A stretch of DNA of 56,174 nucleotides from an uncultured virus (IMG/VR IMGVR_UViG_3300027906_000005). Its lineage: Duplodnaviria; Heunggongvirae; Uroviricota; Caudoviricetes. The stretch lies in the IMG/VR virus record IMGVR_UViG_3300027906_000005; one strand, written 5' to 3'. Position 1 is the first letter of the stretch. Each line of letters begins with the position of its first letter. This document shows positions 10,301 through 18,138 of this stretch, piece by piece. The notes under the pieces were generated by a model. The model was not told the origin of the DNA. It was given only the letters and a program-made list of their open reading frames with translations, and searched no databases. A program made the translations under genes and the position numbers.

Positions 10301-13300
10301 GGATTTAACTCTGGTGATAAGGTTAAGATAGCAGATAGTGCGTTTACCTTTACATGTACTCATGGTGGTGGTAACCATTCTTATCCAAGAGCAAGTGATC
10401 CAGTTAGCAATAAGTGGATTAATATTGCCAATGTAACTACAAATACTTTTGATGTACTAGTACTTGATACTATTCCATCAACCAATACAACTGCTCATAC
10501 GTTTGTATCTGCTGCAGCTGATAGTGTCAGTTATGCAACTTCTACAATTAAGATTGCAGTAGAATCACTAGAGTTAAGTTGTACTCATGGAGATCAGAGC
10601 ACTAAGAAATATCCTAGAGCAACTGATCCAATCGCTAATCCAGGATTTACAATTCCTAATCACAATCAAGATTGTAAGGATGACGTATCAGATGTCCTAA
10701 GGGCGGTTGCTTATAACCTCACTAATGGTGGTAACGATGCTGTTTACGATCATGCAGGATACTTTGTTGGAACTACCCACGTAGACGGAGAAGAATTCCA
10801 GGCTCGTGCAGTCATGGAGATGGGTAGCATCGTAGCACAGCAAGTTATTGCTAACGAAACAGTTAACGTTAAAGGTTGGCATGGTATAGAGCAAACTAAG
10901 GATCTTACTATTACAGTAGAACCAGGTGGTTGCGTCAATACTAAGTCATCAGTCGATACTTTATTCTCTATTGTTGAGCAAGCAATTGTCAATGATAGTC
11001 TCACACATGCTACAGATACTGCAGCAACTACACCAACATGTACTGATGTAGCATCTGCAATCACAACATTCTTCAGTACTCTAACTACTGCTCTTGGATC
11101 TGATGGTAGCTACGGTAGTCTTACTGCTGTAACAAGAACCTTCGCACCTGGAGATCAGCAGTGTCTTGATGACATTCTTCATATCGTTAGAGCATTCCAG
11201 TATGACCTTCGTTATGGTGGTAACTCTAAGGTAGTTGAGGCTGCTAATAAGTATATCTCTAGTGGTGCAATTGCACATATCACAGAAGATGTAGCTTACA
11301 CTCGTGCGATCTTTGCATACGCAAAAGAATTATCCATTAAGGCAATAAGAAATGATTTAGAACCAGGCTTCTTTACTAAGATCGCTCCTGTATCTAATGG
11401 ATCAATTACAGTAGATTCAAGTGCTCCTGAGTGTGCTAATGTAATCTCTGCACTTACTACCAATTGGGGTATTCTGGACAATGTTCTATCAAGTGCCACT
11501 CTCTATAGCGGTACGATAACAAATCCAGATCCTATCATTGAAGAGCAAGACGCTGCCAAGTACAGCTTCCCACTACTCAATATCTTCTTAGATCTGCCTG
11601 TTATTGAGGCATCTCCTTACATTCAGAACTCCTCACTGATTTCATTCCTTGGTGGTTCTGGTTGTGATATTGACGGTGCTAAATGTGCTACACCAAACGT
11701 ACCTCGCCCAGGTCTAAAACTTAATTCACAGAATCAGACAGTTGCACAATTCGACCCACAAGGTAAGTCGATGGTTGCAAACGCATTCACTATCATCTCC
11801 TTTGGTGGTACTGGATATAACATCAGTAATGATGGTTATACTCAGGTTGTGTCTGTGTTCGCTATCTTCACGCAAGATGGTATCCTTTGTCAGTCTGGTG
11901 GTTATGCATCAGTTACCAACTCTGCATCTAACTTCGGTACGTATTCACTACGTGCAAATGGATTTAGGAACGAACCTTACACCTTTGATATTGGTGTTAT
12001 TGATTCTATCGTTAACGATGTTGATGGAAATGGAGTTGAAACTGGTAGACAGATCATTCAGGTATCTGGTACAGCATTAACAAATATTCCAACAGAAGAT
12101 TATATCATTAGAATCGGTGGAACAACTCCAACCGACCCTGCTGTTGAGCACATCATTCTTGAAACAGAAGTTGTTTCTGGTGCTCCTGGTACTCAGATCG
12201 TTGCTAAGATCACGACCAACAGGTCGATGGATTACACCCTGACTGCATCACCTAACACTAGGTACAGATATGCTGATGGTAACTTAAGCGGTCTTGTTAA
12301 TAAGGCAATTAACTTCCACAGACCATCTGTTGTTAACTCCTCATCACATACTTGGGAATTCTGCGGATCAGGTAACACCTATGCTGCTCTACCACAGAAC
12401 GGTGGTTTCGGTTTAGGTACTGCATTTGAGGCAGCAGAAGAAGCCTTCGGTCAGGTCTATACATCAGGTACTAACGAATTTGGTGACTTCAAGGTTGGTA
12501 ATTTCGTTACTATCTACAACAGAACTGGTGCTATTAGTTTCGTTGGTACTGTTAGTATCTCTGAACTATCATCTATTAAGATCGTTGGTGGTGACATCAC
12601 GATTACAGGTTTCTCTAAGGATGACAACCTTGGTGGTACTTTCGCATCTGATGCTTTACTACCTACACAGGCATCTGTTAAAGATTACATCTCTAACAAC
12701 TTAGGACCATACCTAAACCAGCCTTATTCAACTAACGCAGTTCCATCTGCTCTGGTTCAGTTAACATCTTCAGGTAAGATTAACATTGACCAGATCCCTG
12801 CTTTACGTCCATTCAACATTACTTCTGTCACATCACAGGCAGCAAGACTTGCTATTGAAGACGCAAAAGCTGGTGACATTGCAATTCAAACAACTGCTAC
12901 AACATTCTCTGTTTCTCCTGCATCTGTTAATACAGGTACTGAAGAGATCACCATTGCATCTCATGGTGCAAACACTGGTGATGGATTAACATATACTGAG
13001 GGAACAACAGCAATTGGTGGACTATCCACTAATACCAAGTATTACGTCATTAAGGTTGATGCTAATACTGTTAAACTTGCAACAACAACATCTAATGCTA
13101 CCAACAACCAAGCAGTTGATCTAACTGGTCAAGGTACTGGTACTCATTCATTCGAGACTGACGGTGTTGCTGTTTCATACATCTTGGAGAATGACTTAGA
13201 ATCTCAGTTCTTGGCATTCCTACCTAATAGCAACTATGCATTCGCTAATGGTTCTATCCTAACTGGTAGTACAACTACTGCTCGTGGTACTGTTCAATCA

Positions 13301-16300
13301 TTTAACGATGGTTTAATTTACAACTTCGTTATCAGTGATGGTGGTGCAGATTACACTGGAGACTTCGCATTAACGATTAGTGCTCCTGATGATGCAGGTG
13401 GTACACAGGCAGCTGCAACCGCTAACGTAACAAGTGGTACTGTAACTAAGGTTACTATTACTAACGCTGGTGCTGGATACTATACACAGCCAACTGTAAC
13501 CGCACCTAACTCACCTACAAACAATAATGCAGTTATTGCTGCTCAGATTGAAGGTAGAGTTAACATTAACATTGCTAACAACATCAAGTTTGATGCTTCT
13601 GACTTCCTACTTGACGGTGCATCTGCAAATGAAGGAACTGGTACTTACGTTCAGGCAACTACAACTATAACCATATCAGAAACTGGTCATGGTTTGTCTA
13701 ACGGTGCTCTAGCATACTTAGACTTCACAAGTGGTCAAAGTGCTGATGGTTTCTATGCTATTACTCTTGTTAACGCTAACGAGTATACAGTCGTTGCTAC
13801 AAGTAGCGCAAGCACAAACGGTAACGTTTCCAGAAAGAGAATTGTTGACCTCAACAGAGTAATCAATACTTCTGGTAGCAACGTTTCTAACTGGACACAG
13901 TTAACTTCTACTAACATTGATGCTTCTAACATCGTTGCTGGTACAGTTGACCCTCAACGTCTAGCAAGTAAAGGTACTTCAAACTCCTACACGTTCTTAC
14001 GTGGTGATTCATCATGGGAGTATGCACTACAAGCAATTAGACCGACCACTCAAGACTGTATCGTTATTGGTGGATCTGTCACAGACAGTACATATATCGA
14101 CAGCATTACAATCACTAATGCTGGTTCTGGATATACTAACGGTACATATCAGAACATTCCATTAGCGGGTGGTAACGTCAGCATCTCCGATGTTGGTGTT
14201 GCAAGAGGTACTTACATCGTCTCAGGCGGTGCGATCACATCTGCTACTGTAACTGACGCTGGTACAGGATACACTGCTGGATTCAGTGTAACGATCCCAA
14301 CCGAACTTGGTGGTGGTACTGGAGCAATCCTAACTGCTGTTAAGGGAACAATCAACCGTGTATTCGGTAACATCGAAATTGACATGAGGAAGGGTGATAA
14401 CCTCACTCCTGCTGCTAGTGTCTATGGTAACTACGGTGTCTTTAGGTTCCGTAAGGATGTTGCTAACCAAGCAGTTGGTAACCAGTCTGAAGGTGGTTTC
14501 GTAATTGATAACGCTGGTCAGGTCACAATAGACCAAGGACCAGGATCCGAACTTAATGCAGACAAACTGGATGGTAACCACGGTGCGTTCTATCAGAATG
14601 CTGGTAACTTAACCGCTGGTACACTTGACCCAGCTCGTCTTGCTAATACAACTTATAACATCTCGATATCTGGTACTGCTGACACAGCAAACAGAATATT
14701 CAACGAGACTGCATCATTAACTTCTAACCCATCACCTGCACAGGCAGCAAACGGTGTCTCTGCAGCACTTAGAAATAACAACGCAACTGGTCTTTCTGAC
14801 GGTGGTACTACACATGGTATTACTACTTACAGAAGAGAAGCAACAGGTTCTGCTGCGATTCAGTTAGGTTGGACTGATAATGACAACCTCTGGATAAGAG
14901 GTAACTCTGGTGGTAATGCTGTATACGGCAACTGGGAGAAGGTCTGGTCAGGAAATAATGATGGAGCTGCATCTGGATTAGATGCTGACAAACTTGATGG
15001 TCACCAAGGACTGTGGTATCAGTCTGGTTATAACATGGGTGACACTCGCGCAGGACTTACTCATCCAATGGGTGATATGTTCCTTCCTGAGGTTCTTGGT
15101 CAAGATAAGATGGTCTTCGAGAACTTCTATCTTAACGATAGTGGTCTGAAGTACACATTATACATCCCTGATTATCATGTAAGAACTGGTACTAATGGTA
15201 ACATTAACCCAAGTGGTACATATACTATCTACTCTGATGTTGGCGCAACAAATAACATCGGTTCAATTGTAGTTGATTCCACAGGTGTTACTGAAGCAAC
15301 TCATACATCTGGTGAGATATACTCCTTAGTAACAGGTACAATCGCATTTGTTGGTTCTAACACCAACGCAAACATATACGTCTTTGGTCCTAACCCAGGA
15401 ACTAAGTGGACTGTATCATCTTCTAACCCAGTATCAGGTGGTTCTACTACGGTTATTGGTTTAAGAGACGCTGCTGCAGGTGCTAAATTACAAATTGGTA
15501 AGGCAGCTACTTCCACAACCCCAACAGTTGACTTCCGTTCTTCTGGACAGTCTCCTGATTATGACGTTCAGTTCTACATTTCTGGTGGTAATACTAACAA
15601 CGGAAATGGTACTTTAAGAATTAACACTGGTGATATTACCGTTAATGGTAACACTGTGTGGCACGCTGGTAACGATGGTAGTTCATCTCAGCTCGATGCT
15701 CATTACTTAGATGGATTCACCCAGTCTACTGCTGCTAGTGGTAATACAATCGCACGTAGAGATGGATCTGGACACCTAACAGTTAATGACTTAACTGGTG
15801 ACCAAGGTATCTTTAACAACACTGGTACTGCGATATTACAACTTGGTGGTGGTTCTGGTGTTGACTTAGGTAAGGCAACAACTAATGTTCTTTCTATTAA
15901 AGGTAGAAACAGTAGTACTACTGGTTACATTCGCTTTGGTAATGATGGTAATTCCTTTGGTTATAACGGAACTCACCTATCATACGCCAACGTATACTTC
16001 CGTAACAGTAGATTAGGTATTGGTGATGACAATCCTGGATCACCTCTTGAGATCGTTGCTGAAGGTAACGCTAATTCTTCTACAGCATTCTGGGATTGTA
16101 GAGATGGTAGAGCAGGATACGGTAGAATCACAGCGGGTGCTGATGGATCATCTTCATTCCTAACATTTACTGATACTGATGATGATGCAGGTTGGCAGAT
16201 AGGTCAGGATGATAACGACCAGTCATGGTTTGTTATTAGAGGATTTACTAATGCTTCTGGTGCACTAACAACTGGATTCCAGACGAATGCTAAGAACAAT

Positions 16301-16996
16301 GCATCATTATCAATCTACTCTGCTACTGGTAGAGTATTCATTAACAAAGGTTCTAGTGTAAGCACTGGTTCTGGATCACAGTTAATGGTTGGTGGTTCAG
16401 TCGAAGCTAGCAATCAACTTAGGTCTACTGTTGCAACTGGTACTGCACCAATTACAGTTAGTTCTACAACTGTATGTTCTAACCTGAACGCAGACATGCT
16501 TGATGGTTATACAGCATTGGGTCTTCCTTACTTCAAGGCAACTACTAACACTTGGAACACTTCTGAGGATGGACAACCAAGATTCTACTTTGGTAACAAC
16601 TCTCATACCTACATTAGAACAGGTGATGACATCTACTTTAGAACAGACAACGACACTGGTTGCGGTTCTATGGATGGTAACGGTGGTACTTGGACATTCT
16701 ACTCTGGTGGTGACCAAACACAGTCATCTTACAGAATGGAGATCCGAGGACAGAACGGTCTAAATATCGATAGCGATTCCACTGGACTATCGAGTGGACA
16801 GCGAGATGTTGTTCTTCGTGCTAACGGAGATAAGCAATGGATCGATACTTACGGTATTATTAAGAGAAACCGTAACAACATCGGTGAGAGTATAAGTATC
16901 AATAATGGCGATAACTGCCAATCCATTGGTCCTATTACTATAAATAACGGTGTAACAATCACCATAAATAACGGTGGATACTGGAGTATCAATTAA
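4394..16996 (+). CDS. Giant tail fibre-like virion protein (4200 aa)
   Basis: Split beta-helix-like domain (VYVS..GSD.NDG...TIKKA to SPYIQN), eight YPR/YPK repeat units, three helical C-x-D-D...GGN domains, four L(N/D)AxxLDG fibre motifs and a C-terminal GPITI...GGYWSIN adaptor motif. Confidence 0.8.
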   Translation: MSLKINSDQQRIQASGSTPTGNWQNATYSRTAAGKVNILSVAHGFIASEKLYIDFTSGGEVDGTYTVTKVDDDNLEFTSTNLGVITAGNTLAYKRVRSLSIQGDETIEMSVGVDANEKDALTLNINPQNNIRVGVNTTDPQYELDVEGQIRTTRSIISDTAQVVNLDIQTIINPALALRGPNLINYEDTDVTSDTYGTTFYPTADTPPLTDQSRRVATTDFVYKVATNDTGGRVYVSQTIGSDLNDGRSAARPVKTIKKAAQIAYGLQKAQPDPSDEYVSLIVSGGEYLEDNPISLPRNCSLIGDNLRRVIVRPQNQDRHMIKASNETYVFGCVFRDALQNSSDPQSAVIHTWKYAFVFDDKQRLYYEPELGNIPAVPGDKFRGDNLFNITFTNHTGDNATLVVGYFVQGGSSGTLGTIQEVTFTGPSGSPYSTGTAKILITSGVNDVFQDAEKLFYDAVAANIVTDLQNNPSNRFDVADAESLRPELETISNQIYQHTINSEREVLSFPADATKVNLTTDRITITGHSLSTGQQAYYQKDEATVLAGLTDNTAYYVRAVDANTIELYDTWTNATTSTATTGRKDITAVSADTKLHKLTTGPIMPESNNLYQPAHQYATGDGIIYRASKMGGIAGLVDGTTYYVYKENTSWFRLAASAANAVQKAADGVTDNPITLDITGTGLGYQRFEIANRLLTVNTIDTSLATQQTYLGPKFTLTGTNYHDYEVGQEILLYGFQSSAIAFGSSTNTSWSLASGEVTVTITTVDNTITTGLFSNWMSLGECGLKFNFSGAGSEALSKTYQIDTFSLGAGAPSLPGNTALGMGAAKYNSSNLTVTFVLKVANIQSTTNTATASGSTVSVLDNVEDLNGRKYITHRIERADGYALEFVVRAAVSVFNATLNPTGTQAVISSSNYVLASLRNSPYGFVKISQTDRYRDGAEAIRQNQEYIAEESYGYVKSFQENSATRTTNLVIGPTTFNAVSETFTHPLSTWSVQDNLLTCKVNTGHNLTPDYVNHQHTYNGGTASNAITIVQGSVNKNVTGATYDSVTGDLVLTIGAHSYTTANTLTIANGALSFTCSRDNHSTSHTYPRATDPAYGATLKITAVDAAGTVTVNVGVAAGITIAGSSNAGINGRHAVHEIYDHRSFTLDIGLNTIADGTSGTDGTFTDVRKPYRTPNSFPVNNKQADAADLISSNAELIAEVAVKRMVADTGYSVPTGNTACTDDIKDFLQKSLYHNLKWGGNDRVYDAANYFITQVTTSNQSKYIAAFNYARDYANKVIRNLPILRNPHSTILQKYNTTITLDRGTYGTVPNLTQDAANLLNTNNSFIAGEAVERYIASLTDVPVETVAGNDITINALNGTTPTNTTAHTYQGVSTYQFTPTNAVYNPLTGYMVLTIASHPFVDGDRLQIAANGLSFTCDLDGDTATKTYPRSTDPYYNKWVGVQKIDANNVKVNVGKAKTDVTEHAFVSAVTNCVTRAVVYNDVGYTKHTVTGATYEPVTGVLTLTIPNHGFTQGEKVQVAQDSLTFTCAMDDNFSKHTYPRSTDPAINVWKSVTNVTQSTFDINVGTAAPVTFTPTNAVYAPTTGLVEVTIGNHSLKAPTSHTITGATIDVATGIVTATITGHGFQEGDKINVAQGSLKMSCGYGGGGNEDYPKAGQYADGKWLNIWDVTANTFKFDCTGGVALTISDAHTFVSAVANGLKHVKENVKLTTGAITFKCAEDGGSTEHAYPRAVVDSHTAGAGTTYNPTTGIMKITTTAAHGMRNGDWVKLAEGSLKFSCAFGGASGAAAEKTYPRASDPVYNQWQKVRNVTSTTFELQVLDTLPSTNTDTHTFVSASANGIQQKRDKSYNTSVPIVATTGTTVTLDVGISSNTTAHTYQSALNNSVITGGNYAHTFVSATSNGIKRSTSSTINNYAPSAGTYNATTGALTLTIGANELTAPTTHTPTNGAYNPSTGILTVTINSHGFNSGDKVKIADSAFTFTCTHGGGNHSYPRASDPVSNKWINIANVTTNTFDVLVLDTIPSTNTTAHTFVSAAADSVSYATSTIKIAVESLELSCTHGDQSTKKYPRATDPIANPGFTIPNHNQDCKDDVSDVLRAVAYNLTNGGNDAVYDHAGYFVGTTHVDGEEFQARAVMEMGSIVAQQVIANETVNVKGWHGIEQTKDLTITVEPGGCVNTKSSVDTLFSIVEQAIVNDSLTHATDTAATTPTCTDVASAITTFFSTLTTALGSDGSYGSLTAVTRTFAPGDQQCLDDILHIVRAFQYDLRYGGNSKVVEAANKYISSGAIAHITEDVAYTRAIFAYAKELSIKAIRNDLEPGFFTKIAPVSNGSITVDSSAPECANVISALTTNWGILDNVLSSATLYSGTITNPDPIIEEQDAAKYSFPLLNIFLDLPVIEASPYIQNSSLISFLGGSGCDIDGAKCATPNVPRPGLKLNSQNQTVAQFDPQGKSMVANAFTIISFGGTGYNISNDGYTQVVSVFAIFTQDGILCQSGGYASVTNSASNFGTYSLRANGFRNEPYTFDIGVIDSIVNDVDGNGVETGRQIIQVSGTALTNIPTEDYIIRIGGTTPTDPAVEHIILETEVVSGAPGTQIVAKITTNRSMDYTLTASPNTRYRYADGNLSGLVNKAINFHRPSVVNSSSHTWEFCGSGNTYAALPQNGGFGLGTAFEAAEEAFGQVYTSGTNEFGDFKVGNFVTIYNRTGAISFVGTVSISELSSIKIVGGDITITGFSKDDNLGGTFASDALLPTQASVKDYISNNLGPYLNQPYSTNAVPSALVQLTSSGKINIDQIPALRPFNITSVTSQAARLAIEDAKAGDIAIQTTATTFSVSPASVNTGTEEITIASHGANTGDGLTYTEGTTAIGGLSTNTKYYVIKVDANTVKLATTTSNATNNQAVDLTGQGTGTHSFETDGVAVSYILENDLESQFLAFLPNSNYAFANGSILTGSTTTARGTVQSFNDGLIYNFVISDGGADYTGDFALTISAPDDAGGTQAAATANVTSGTVTKVTITNAGAGYYTQPTVTAPNSPTNNNAVIAAQIEGRVNINIANNIKFDASDFLLDGASANEGTGTYVQATTTITISETGHGLSNGALAYLDFTSGQSADGFYAITLVNANEYTVVATSSASTNGNVSRKRIVDLNRVINTSGSNVSNWTQLTSTNIDASNIVAGTVDPQRLASKGTSNSYTFLRGDSSWEYALQAIRPTTQDCIVIGGSVTDSTYIDSITITNAGSGYTNGTYQNIPLAGGNVSISDVGVARGTYIVSGGAITSATVTDAGTGYTAGFSVTIPTELGGGTGAILTAVKGTINRVFGNIEIDMRKGDNLTPAASVYGNYGVFRFRKDVANQAVGNQSEGGFVIDNAGQVTIDQGPGSELNADKLDGNHGAFYQNAGNLTAGTLDPARLANTTYNISISGTADTANRIFNETASLTSNPSPAQAANGVSAALRNNNATGLSDGGTTHGITTYRREATGSAAIQLGWTDNDNLWIRGNSGGNAVYGNWEKVWSGNNDGAASGLDADKLDGHQGLWYQSGYNMGDTRAGLTHPMGDMFLPEVLGQDKMVFENFYLNDSGLKYTLYIPDYHVRTGTNGNINPSGTYTIYSDVGATNNIGSIVVDSTGVTEATHTSGEIYSLVTGTIAFVGSNTNANIYVFGPNPGTKWTVSSSNPVSGGSTTVIGLRDAAAGAKLQIGKAATSTTPTVDFRSSGQSPDYDVQFYISGGNTNNGNGTLRINTGDITVNGNTVWHAGNDGSSSQLDAHYLDGFTQSTAASGNTIARRDGSGHLTVNDLTGDQGIFNNTGTAILQLGGGSGVDLGKATTNVLSIKGRNSSTTGYIRFGNDGNSFGYNGTHLSYANVYFRNSRLGIGDDNPGSPLEIVAEGNANSSTAFWDCRDGRAGYGRITAGADGSSSFLTFTDTDDDAGWQIGQDDNDQSWFVIRGFTNASGALTTGFQTNAKNNASLSIYSATGRVFINKGSSVSTGSGSQLMVGGSVEASNQLRSTVATGTAPITVSSTTVCSNLNADMLDGYTALGLPYFKATTNTWNTSEDGQPRFYFGNNSHTYIRTGDDIYFRTDNDTGCGSMDGNGGTWTFYSGGDQTQSSYRMEIRGQNGLNIDSDSTGLSSGQRDVVLRANGDKQWIDTYGIIKRNRNNIGESISINNGDNCQSIGPITINNGVTITINNGGYWSIN
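7430..10650 (+). repeat. Degenerate protein-level repeats (about 110 aa, 'YPRxTDP...HTFVSA' unit), eight copies, several nested
   Basis: YPR/YPK motifs at about 7660, 8690, 9020, 9360, 9590, 9782, 10382 and 10610; the units share YxPxTGxLxLTIxxH and FxC motifs. Confidence 0.8.
16939..16946 (+). promoter_or_regulatory. Late promoter TATAAATA (second variant CATAAATA at 16963-16970)
   Basis: Consensus inside the 3' end of the giant gene, upstream of the ATG at 17009. Confidence 0.55.
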
Positions 16997-17008
16997 GAGA
17001 AACTAATT

Positions 17009-17764
17009 ATGGCTGGCATTTTACGGGTTGATCAAATCCAAAGCACAGGCGGGAGTAACGTAATTGACGTTTCTTCTGGCTCCTTTAAGTTATGGAACGG
17101 AAGTTCATACGAGACTTTCACTATTGAAGGTGCTTTGATAAGCATCAACACATATACTTCACAGAATGGTACATGGAACAGTAAGTCTACCTCTGGTGGA
17201 TCTGGTACATGGTCTAAACCAGGTGGCTGCAGTAATGTACTGGTGTACGTTACAGGTGGTGGTGGAGGAGTTCGTTGTAATGACAACTCATATCGTGGTG
17301 CTGGAGGTGGCGGTGGTGCTACTGCTATTAGATATATTGATGTTTCTAACGTTGGTTCTGTATCCTACAGCTACGGTGGCGGGGGAGGATATGCCCGTAA
17401 CGGTGGTAGAGGAGGTACAGGTGGTACTTCATCCTTTGGTTCATATTGTTCTGCTACAGGCGGTCAAGGTGGTCAAACAGATAACCCATATCAGGGCGGT
17501 CCTGGTGGAAATGCTTCTGGTGGTGATATAAACCTACCTGGCGGTGGTGGCGAAATGTCCCACGGTCATAACCGAGAAGGTGGCGGCGGTTCAAGTTTCT
17601 GGCATAAGGCAGGTTCTTCACACCATCACGCTAACAACCAAGAAGAGATTACTCATGGTCAGTGGGGATCTGGTGGAGGTTATGGTTACTACTCCCAAAA
17701 CAGTTATGCACACAACAACGGTAATGGTGGTGCTGGCTGTGTTATCGTCTTCAATTACACTTAA
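17009..17764 (+). CDS. Glycine-rich distal fibre/adhesin-like protein
   Basis: N-terminal 'GILRVDQIQ' fibre-joining motif; 'WSKPGG..VLVYVTGGGGG' glycine-rich domain ending GGAGCVIVF. Confidence 0.65.
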   Translation: MAGILRVDQIQSTGGSNVIDVSSGSFKLWNGSSYETFTIEGALISINTYTSQNGTWNSKSTSGGSGTWSKPGGCSNVLVYVTGGGGGVRCNDNSYRGAGGGGGATAIRYIDVSNVGSVSYSYGGGGGYARNGGRGGTGGTSSFGSYCSATGGQGGQTDNPYQGGPGGNASGGDINLPGGGGEMSHGHNREGGGGSSFWHKAGSSHHHANNQEEITHGQWGSGGGYGYYSQNSYAHNNGNGGAGCVIVFNYT

Positions 17765-17769
17765 AAATT

Positions 17770-18135
17770 ATGAGCTACGCATTAATCAATAAAGCAACAA
17801 ACGAAACTGTGCAGTTTGTGGTGAAAGAAGATGAACAGTTTGAAGTTCATGACGACTTTCGTTGGGTAGACATTCCTGATGATTGGGTAATGGAAGAAGG
17901 TACTAACCCACCTGATTTCTTTTGGAATCCTGATACTCAAAAGGTTCAACGTAAAGAAGCTCCAGTTGAAGGTTGGGAAATTAAAAGGCAAAGAGCATAT
18001 AGTGATCTTAGTGTAGAAAAACAACTAGGAAACCTATATGATGATATTGAAGCTGGTGTATTTGGTGATATTCAAGGTAAGAGTAAGTTCTTTACCGAAG
18101 TAAAAAGTCTAAAAGAATCAATTCCTAAAGTATAA
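17770..18135 (+). CDS. Tail fibre assembly-like protein
   Basis: Follows a fibre gene; C-terminal 'RQRAY..VEKQL..LYDDI...VK..IPK' resembles cyanophage fibre-associated small proteins. Confidence 0.5.
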   Translation: MSYALINKATNETVQFVVKEDEQFEVHDDFRWVDIPDDWVMEEGTNPPDFFWNPDTQKVQRKEAPVEGWEIKRQRAYSDLSVEKQLGNLYDDIEAGVFGDIQGKSKFFTEVKSLKESIPKV

Positions 18136-18138
18136 GTT

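Noticed and set aside
7430..10650. Repeats as a CRISPR array or diversity-generating retroelement template/variable pair
   Set aside because: Similarity is at the protein level with diverged codons; no identical spaced DNA repeats, adenine-specific pair or reverse transcriptase was seen.
99..16763. Many short minus-strand and alternate-frame ORFs within the large structural genes
   Set aside because: Shadow ORFs caused by biased Gly/Thr/Ala codon usage; fully overlapped by long motif-bearing plus-strand genes.
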